NCBI GenBank assembly: GCA_965242495.1
Contig: OZ251446.1
Span: 458,732 to 522,731 of the forward strand
DNA length: 64,000 nt
DNA from: Alphaproteobacteria bacterium
GTDB taxonomy: Bacteria > Pseudomonadota > Alphaproteobacteria > MPNO01
Direction of reading: 5' to 3'
Each line of letters starts with the position of its first letter. Position 1 is the stretch's first letter. Below the pieces are notes generated by a model, which was not told the origin of the DNA, did no database searches, and saw only the letters and a list, made by a program, of their open reading frames with translations. A program made the position numbers and the translations under genes. Of the stretch, positions 58,161 through 64,000 are shown one piece after another.

Positions 58161-58598
58161 GGCGGAAGCCTAAGGGCCGCGACCGCCTTCGGGCGATGGT
58201 CCGAAGCCGGGCGGGGATCGCCACTCCTCCTCCCTGTCGAGGGAGAGAGCGTCAGCCCGCATTCGCACGCCGATCCCGCCGGCCGCGCAACGGCAGACGT
58301 TCGATCGCAGCCCCGTGATGGGTGATCCGGCGGCGCGCCGACGTCGCTCCCTCCCGCCCAACTCCAGTCGGTTCAGCGTCGATTTCCCCGCTACCGTGGT
58401 CGCGAACTCACCGCCCCGCCGTCGAACCCCGCCGCAACCGAACGGCCCTCGACCGCTTGGAACCCAAACGACGTCGTGCTACGCTCCGTCTGCATCGGGG
58501 AACCCCTCTGCCGTCAGATAACTCTCTGTTCACAAAGAATTATCTCACATGCAGAACCCCGATGCGCCACACAGTACGAGAAATGCGGGCTAAGGCGC

Positions 58599-59123
58599 AT
58601 GGCGGTCCTTCCCATCGTCGTCGCGCCGGATGCGCGGCTGAAGCTCGCCTGCGCCCCGGTGGAGCGCGTGGACGGGGCGGTGCGCCGCCTGATGGACGAT
58701 CTGCTGGAGACCATGTACCAAGCGCCGGGGATCGGCCTCGCCGCCCCCCAGGTCGGCGTGCCGAAGCGGGTGCTGGTGGTCGACGTGAGCCGTCGCGGCG
58801 AGCAGCCGGCGCCGTTCCGCATGGCCGACCCCGAACTTCTGTGGCGGTCCGAAGCGCTGGACGTCCACGAGGAGGGCTGCCTGTCCCTGCCCGGGCAATA
58901 CGCCGAGGTGACCCGGCCCGGGCGCGCCCGGATCGGTTATCTCGACGAGACCGGGGCGCGGCGCGAGCTCGAGGCCGAGGGCCTCCTCGCGACCTGCATC
59001 CAGCACGAGATGGACCATCTGGACGGCGTCCTGTTCGTGGACCGCATCTCCAGCCTCAAGCGCGGCATCATCCTCCGCAAGTTGATCAAGGCCAGGAAGG
59101 CGGACGCGAAGGCGCGCGGCTGA
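58599..59123 (+). CDS. def: peptide deformylase
   Basis: GIGLAAPQ, EGCLS, HEMDH motifs. Confidence 0.9.
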   Translation: MAVLPIVVAPDARLKLACAPVERVDGAVRRLMDDLLETMYQAPGIGLAAPQVGVPKRVLVVDVSRRGEQPAPFRMADPELLWRSEALDVHEEGCLSLPGQYAEVTRPGRARIGYLDETGARRELEAEGLLATCIQHEMDHLDGVLFVDRISSLKRGIILRKLIKARKADAKARG

Positions 59124-59124
59124 A

Positions 59125-60075
59125 ATGCCCCGCCTGCGCCTGGCGTTCATGGGAACGGCGGCGTTCGCGCTGCCGTCGCTCGCCGCCCTGGTCGAAGCCG
59201 GCCACGAGATCGCCTGCGTCTATACGCGGCCGCCGCGGCCCGCCGGGCGCGGCCTCGGGACGCGGCCCTCGCCGGTCCATGCGTTCGCCGACCGGCGCGG
59301 CCTCGCGCTGCGCGCGCCGGCCTCGTTGAAGGAGGCCGGGGCGTTCGCGGCGTTCGCGGCCCTGGGCGTGGACGCCGCGGTGGTCGCGGCCTACGGGCTG
59401 CTGCTTCCGGCCGCGGCGCTGGCCGCCCCGCGGCTCGGCTGCCTCAACCTGCATCCTTCGCTGCTGCCGCGCTGGCGCGGGGCGGCGCCGATCCAGCGCG
59501 CGATCATGGCCGGGGACGCCGAGACCGGAGTCACCGTCATGCGGATGGACGAAGGGCTCGATACCGGGGACGCGCTGCTCGTCCGGCGCGTCGCGATCGA
59601 CGCCGGGACGACCGGCGGCGCGCTTCACGATTCGCTCGCGGAACTCGGCGCGCGGGCCGTCGTCGAGACCCTGGCCGGGCTCGACCGGGGCCGGTTGCGC
59701 CCGGTTCCCCAGCCCGCGGCCGGCGCGACCTACGCCGCCAAGATCGGCCCCGGCGACCGGGCGCTGGACTGGCGGCGCCCGGCGGCGGCGCTCGAACGTC
59801 AGGTGCGGGCGCTGACCCCCCGGCCCGGCGCCTGGTTCGCCTGCGGCGGCGAGCGGGTGCGGGCGGCGGCGGCGGCGGCGGTCCCCGCGGCGGCGCCTGC
59901 GGCGCCCGGCGCGGTGCTCGACGAGGCGCTCACCGTCGCTTGCGGCGAGGGCGCGCTGCGGCTGCTCCGCGTCCAGCGGCAGGGACGGCGCGAGATGGAC
60001 GCGGCGGCGTTCCTGCGCGGTTTCGACCTCCCGCCCGGTCGCGTGCTGCCGAGCCCCGGCGCCGCGCCGGCATGA
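59125..60075 (+). CDS. fmt: methionyl-tRNA formyltransferase
   Basis: Formyl transferase N- and C-domains. def-fmt synteny. Confidence 0.9.
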   Translation: MPRLRLAFMGTAAFALPSLAALVEAGHEIACVYTRPPRPAGRGLGTRPSPVHAFADRRGLALRAPASLKEAGAFAAFAALGVDAAVVAAYGLLLPAAALAAPRLGCLNLHPSLLPRWRGAAPIQRAIMAGDAETGVTVMRMDEGLDTGDALLVRRVAIDAGTTGGALHDSLAELGARAVVETLAGLDRGRLRPVPQPAAGATYAAKIGPGDRALDWRRPAAALERQVRALTPRPGAWFACGGERVRAAAAAAVPAAAPAAPGAVLDEALTVACGEGALRLLRVQRQGRREMDAAAFLRGFDLPPGRVLPSPGAAPA

Positions 60076-60085
60076 CCCGGTCGAC

Positions 60086-60847
60086 ATGACCCGGTTCAAG
60101 CTGACGCTCGAATACGACGGCGCCGGCTTCGTCGGCTGGCAACGCCAGACCAACGGCCTCTCGGTCCAGGAGGCGGTCGAGACCGCGATCGGCGCCTTCT
60201 GCGGCGAGGCGGCGACGGCGTTCGCGGCCGGGCGCACCGACGCCGGGGTCCATGCGCTCGGCCAGGTGATCCATGTCGACATCGCCCGCCCGGCCGCCCC
60301 CGGCGTCGTCGCCGATGCGGTGAACGCGCATCTCCGGCCGCACCGGGTGGCGGTGATCGCCGCCGAGGCGGTCGATGAAGGCTTCCATGCGCGCTTCTCG
60401 GCCAGCGGGCGCGCCTATCTCTATCGCATCGTCAACCGGCGCGCGCCGCTGGCGATGGATCGCGGCCGCGCCTGGCGCGTCGTCGCGCCGCTCGACGCCG
60501 ACGCCATGCAAGCGGCGGCGCAACGGCTGGTCGGCCGGCACGACTTCACTACCTTCCGCGCCGCTTCCTGCCAGGCCGCATCCCCGGTCAAGACGCTCGA
60601 CCGGCTGGACGTGGAGCGGACGGGCCGCGAGATCCGGATCTCGGCGCGGGCGCGGTCGTTCCTGCACCGCCAGATGCGCAACATGGTCGGCAGCCTGAAG
60701 CTGGTGGGCGAGGGGAGATGGGACGCCGACGATCTCGCCCGCGCGCTCGCGGCCCGCGACCGCTCGCAAGGCGGGCCGGCCGCGCCCGCGGCGGGGCTCT
60801 ATCTGGCCGAGATCGTCTATGGCCGGGACCCGCCCCGCCGACCGTGA
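60086..60847 (+). CDS. truA: tRNA pseudouridine(38-40) synthase
   Basis: TruA family with catalytic Asp context (GRTDAGVHA). Confidence 0.9.
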   Translation: MTRFKLTLEYDGAGFVGWQRQTNGLSVQEAVETAIGAFCGEAATAFAAGRTDAGVHALGQVIHVDIARPAAPGVVADAVNAHLRPHRVAVIAAEAVDEGFHARFSASGRAYLYRIVNRRAPLAMDRGRAWRVVAPLDADAMQAAAQRLVGRHDFTTFRAASCQAASPVKTLDRLDVERTGREIRISARARSFLHRQMRNMVGSLKLVGEGRWDADDLARALAARDRSQGGPAAPAAGLYLAEIVYGRDPPRRP

Positions 60848-60883
60848 TAGGCTGCGCCTCCCGTCGCCGGAGGGAGCGCCCGG

Positions 60884-62122
60884 ATGCCCGAGCCCGCGCG
60901 GCCGGCGCGGCCGCCGGACCCCGCCCTGAAGCGGCGCTTTCCCACCGCCCACGACCTTCGCGCGCGGGCGCGCCGGGCCCTCCCCGGCTTCGCCTTCGAA
61001 TACATCGACGGCGGGGCCGGGGCGGACGTCGGCATCGACCGCAACTGGGCCGCGTTCGACCGCATCGAGCTGATGCCGCGCTACGGCAGGGTGATCGCGC
61101 CGCCGCCGACGGACGCCCGGCTGTTCGGCCGCGACTATGCGGCACCGATCGGCATCGCGCCCTTCGGCGGGCCGGGGACCGGCTTCCCCGGCGCCGAGAC
61201 CTACATGGCGCGCGCCGCGCAGGCCGCGCGCGCGCCCTACGTGCTGGGCCTTCTGTCGGGCATCGACATCGAGCGGGCGGCCGCCCTCGCTCCCGACGTG
61301 CTGTGGCTTCAGCTGTATCGCTTCTCCCGGAACGGCCATGAGATCGGCTTCGACCTGCTGCGCCGCGCCGACGCCGCCGGCGTGCACGTGCTGATGCTGA
61401 CCGTCGATACGCCGATCCGCACGACCAGGCCGCGCGAGGTCAAGAGCGGCATCGCGACTCCCTTCCGCCTGACCGCCCGGCTGCGGCTGGACGCGCTGTC
61501 GTCCCCGTCCTGGCTCGGCGCGCTGCGGCGCCACGGCATACCGCGCTTCGCGTCGCTGACCCCCTATATGGGCGGGGGGCGGCGGAGCCTCGCCGAGACC
61601 GCCGCCTTCATCCAGCGCGAAAGCGGCGGCGCGTTCACCTGGGAGGAGATCGCGCGCTACCGCGACAGATGGCGGAAGCCGCTGGCGCTCAAGGGCATCC
61701 TCCATCCCGAAGACGCCGCCCGCGCCGTGTCGCTCGGCCTCGACGGCGTCGTGGTGAGCAATCACGGCGGGCGGCAGATCGAAGCCTTGCCGCCCTCGAT
61801 CGACGCGCTGCCCGCGGTCGCGGCCGAGATCGGACGGCGGGCCGCGGTCCTGCTCGACAGCGGCGTGCGGTCGGGCGTCGACGTCGCGCGCGCCCTGGCC
61901 CTGGGCGCCGACGCGGCGTTCGTCGGCAAGGCCTTCCTGTGGAGCCTCGGCGCGCTGGGCGCGCGCGGCCCCGGGCATCTCATCGACCTGTTGATCGAGG
62001 AGCTCGCGGCGACGCTGGGCCAGCTCGGCTGCCCGACGCCGGCGGATCTCGCCTCGGTTGGCCGGCGCCACCCCGGCGCCTGGCCCGCGGAAGCGTTCTC
62101 GCGCCGCCCGGCCTCGGCTTGA
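60884..62122 (+). CDS. FMN-dependent alpha-hydroxy-acid dehydrogenase/oxidase (LldD/glycolate-oxidase family)
   Basis: FMN_dh pattern (…VVSNHGGRQ…). Confidence 0.8.
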   Translation: MPEPARPARPPDPALKRRFPTAHDLRARARRALPGFAFEYIDGGAGADVGIDRNWAAFDRIELMPRYGRVIAPPPTDARLFGRDYAAPIGIAPFGGPGTGFPGAETYMARAAQAARAPYVLGLLSGIDIERAAALAPDVLWLQLYRFSRNGHEIGFDLLRRADAAGVHVLMLTVDTPIRTTRPREVKSGIATPFRLTARLRLDALSSPSWLGALRRHGIPRFASLTPYMGGGRRSLAETAAFIQRESGGAFTWEEIARYRDRWRKPLALKGILHPEDAARAVSLGLDGVVVSNHGGRQIEALPPSIDALPAVAAEIGRRAAVLLDSGVRSGVDVARALALGADAAFVGKAFLWSLGALGARGPGHLIDLLIEELAATLGQLGCPTPADLASVGRRHPGAWPAEAFSRRPASA

Positions 62123-62183
62123 CGACGGCGGCGCGCCGGTTCGGCGGCCGGGGAAGGGGCCGCCGCCGCCGGGCGAGCGCCGG

Positions 62184-63209
62184 CTACGCCTTGCCGCGCG
62201 TGGCCTCCACCGCCTTCTTGATGCGCTCGTACATGGGCGCGATCTTGGGGTTCTTGCCCAGATATTCGTCGCCCAGCGGGCGGGCGCGGCGGAACAGCTC
62301 CTCGCGGTCGGCGTCGGTGGGTTCGACGACGACGCCGCCATGCTCGACCCACAGCTTCTCCCACTTGGCGGTGATCTCGATGGCGATCTTGCCGGTGACG
62401 TCGGCCATCTCCTTGCCGATGTCGAGGATCGCGTCGCGATGGGCCGCGGGCAGCTTTTCGAGCCATTTTTTGTTCATCCAGAAGGCGCTCGGGATGAAGC
62501 CCGACTTCTCGTTGTAGAGATGCTTGGCGACGGTATAGAACTTCGACGGCCCCATCACGATGACCGCGCTTCGCACCCCGTCGAGCACCCGGCGCTGCAA
62601 CGCGGGCAGGACCTCCGAATAGGGCATCGGGATGCCGGCCGCGCCCACGGTCGCCATCACCGCGGTCTCCATCTTGGTGGCGAGCACGCGGATCTTGAGC
62701 CCGTCCATGTCGGCCAACGTCTTGATCGGCGCGCGGGATGCGATCGCCGACGCCCCGGCCGACCAGGTGTAGTTGCCGACGATCCCGGCATGTTCGGCGA
62801 GCCGCAGGAAGGCGTCGCGCACCAGAGGATGGTTGAGCGTCTTGTGCTGGTGCCACTGCGAGTCGAAGAGCGCCGGCGCGTCGGGCGCCTGGAAGGCGGG
62901 GTTGAGGCCGACGAAGAAGCCGGGCGGCGAGATGAACACTTCCTGGGTGCCGAGCTGGATGCCCTCGACCTGGCGCGGAATGGTGCCCAGCTGCGCCAGC
63001 GGGAAGATGCGCGCCTGGATGTCGCCCTTGGTGCGCTCCTCGATCTTCCGTTTGAAGATCTTGGCCGACTCGTGCTGCGAATCGTTGACCGTGACGAAGC
63101 CGATCTTCATGTCGAACGTCTGCGCCGACGCCGCGCCGGCGGCCATGGCCAGGACGCCGACGGCGGCCGCGGCCGCCGCGCGCCGCGCGATCGAACATGG
63201 GTGTTTCAT
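62184..63209 (-). CDS. TRAP transporter substrate-binding protein (DctP family)
   Basis: Signal peptide plus DctP family pattern. GGGAGGG RBS. Confidence 0.85.
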   Translation of the reverse strand: MKHPCSIARRAAAAAAVGVLAMAAGAASAQTFDMKIGFVTVNDSQHESAKIFKRKIEERTKGDIQARIFPLAQLGTIPRQVEGIQLGTQEVFISPPGFFVGLNPAFQAPDAPALFDSQWHQHKTLNHPLVRDAFLRLAEHAGIVGNYTWSAGASAIASRAPIKTLADMDGLKIRVLATKMETAVMATVGAAGIPMPYSEVLPALQRRVLDGVRSAVIVMGPSKFYTVAKHLYNEKSGFIPSAFWMNKKWLEKLPAAHRDAILDIGKEMADVTGKIAIEITAKWEKLWVEHGGVVVEPTDADREELFRRARPLGDEYLGKNPKIAPMYERIKKAVEATRGKA

Positions 63210-63241
63210 CGTTTCCCTCCCCGGGGTTGATCAACCCGCCG

Positions 63242-64000
63242 CTATTGCAGCCGGTAGAAGTCGATCATGTTGTTGTAGAGCAGGTTGCGCTTGACGGCCT
63301 CGCTGTATTCGTTGGAGTCGATGAACTCCGGCAGTTCGGTCGTCAGGTCGTCCTCCGTCGGCTCGTGCGGATAGTCGGATGCGTAGAGGATGCGCTTCGA
63401 TCCGATGGCGTCGATGGTGTATTTCAGGCCGGTCTCGCCCAGCTCCATCGCCACCCAGAAATTCTCGCCCTCGCGGATGTAGTCCGACGGGCGCTTCTTC
63501 AGCCGCCTGCGCGCGGCGGCGCCGAAGATCGAGTCGAACTCGTAGTCCAGCCGGTCCATCATGAACGGCACCCAGCTGCAGCCGCCTTCGAGATAGGCGA
63601 TCCGGAGGCCCGGAAACCGGTCGTACACGCCGGAAAAGACGATGTCGGTCAGCTGGATCATCAGCGGGAACGGGTGTTCGAGCGCGTGCACCTTGGCGAA
63701 CTCGTTGAAATGGTCGAAGCCGAGCCCGCGGCTCGGCGCGCCGTGTATGGCCAGCGGCATGTCGTGCTTCTCCGCCGCCTCGAAGATCGGCCAGAAGAAC
63801 TCGTCGCCGTAGCTCTTGCCGAGATAGGTCTGCGACGGCAGCAGGCAGGCCGGAAAGCGGACCCGTCGCTTCTTGCAGCGCTCGATCTCGGCCGCGGCGG
63901 CGGCCGGGTCCTGCACCGCGATCATGCCGGCGCCGTAGAAGCGCTCGTCCCGGCTGGTGTAGCGGTCCTCCAGCCAGTTGTTGTAGGCGGCCGCGGTGGC
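63242..64000 (-). CDS. amidohydrolase-2 family protein, N-terminus beyond window end
   Basis: C-terminal half of a PF04909-like TIM barrel (…ILYASDYPHEP…). ORF still open at base 64000. Confidence 0.6.
   Translation of the reverse strand, partial: ATAAAYNNWLEDRYTSRDERFYGAGMIAVQDPAAAAAEIERCKKRRVRFPACLLPSQTYLGKSYGDEFFWPIFEAAEKHDMPLAIHGAPSRGLGFDHFNEFAKVHALEHPFPLMIQLTDIVFSGVYDRFPGLRIAYLEGGCSWVPFMMDRLDYEFDSIFGAAARRRLKKRPSDYIREGENFWVAMELGETGLKYTIDAIGSKRILYASDYPHEPTEDDLTTELPEFIDSNEYSEAVKRNLLYNNMIDFYRLQ

Overview
High-GC (about 68-70%) chromosomal segment from an alphaproteobacterium-like genome, densely coding on both strands. The window holds 70 features I can support, listed in order below.

Aromatic and heteroaromatic catabolism (1-20.8 kb): a sugar-phosphate isomerase, a gentisate 1,2-dioxygenase, a glutamine-synthetase-like ligase, a Rieske oxygenase alpha subunit, a UbiD-family decarboxylase next to a GMC oxidoreductase, a CoxSML-type molybdenum hydroxylase whose large subunit is fused to a CoxG domain, LigAB extradiol dioxygenase genes, a Bug/TctC binding protein, and an arsenic-type pair (MIP channel plus ArsI-like VOC enzyme).

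Accessory island (about 22.3-27.6 kb): a low-GC segment bounded by copies of a miniature inverted-repeat element. It carries vapBC- and hicAB-type toxin-antitoxin genes, IS630 and IS5 remnants, an HNH nuclease and a retropepsin-like protease.

Aromatic-acid CoA-ligase cluster (27.7-32.5 kb).

Defense locus (34.8-41.2 kb), the most unusual feature. A Type III restriction-modification system has mod and res split by a PIN/RHH toxin-antitoxin pair. It is led, only 3 nt upstream of mod, by a membrane-anchored pentapeptide-repeat protein. The locus has AT-rich target-recognition and repeat segments and a TGTACA-palindrome operator.

Housekeeping block (45-62 kb): ubiK, lgt, midA-like, pgeF, prs, rplY, pth, ychF, recR, def, fmt, truA. 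An orphan NHLP-family RiPP precursor with a strikingly AT-rich core-peptide region sits between recR and def.

Repeat families: REP-like palindromes whose frames translate to the PAKAGI artefact, a roughly 210-bp inverted-repeat element, and small CCCTGTCAGGG hairpins. These account for many of the spurious ORFs in the six-frame track.

No rRNA, tRNA or CRISPR array was recognisable.
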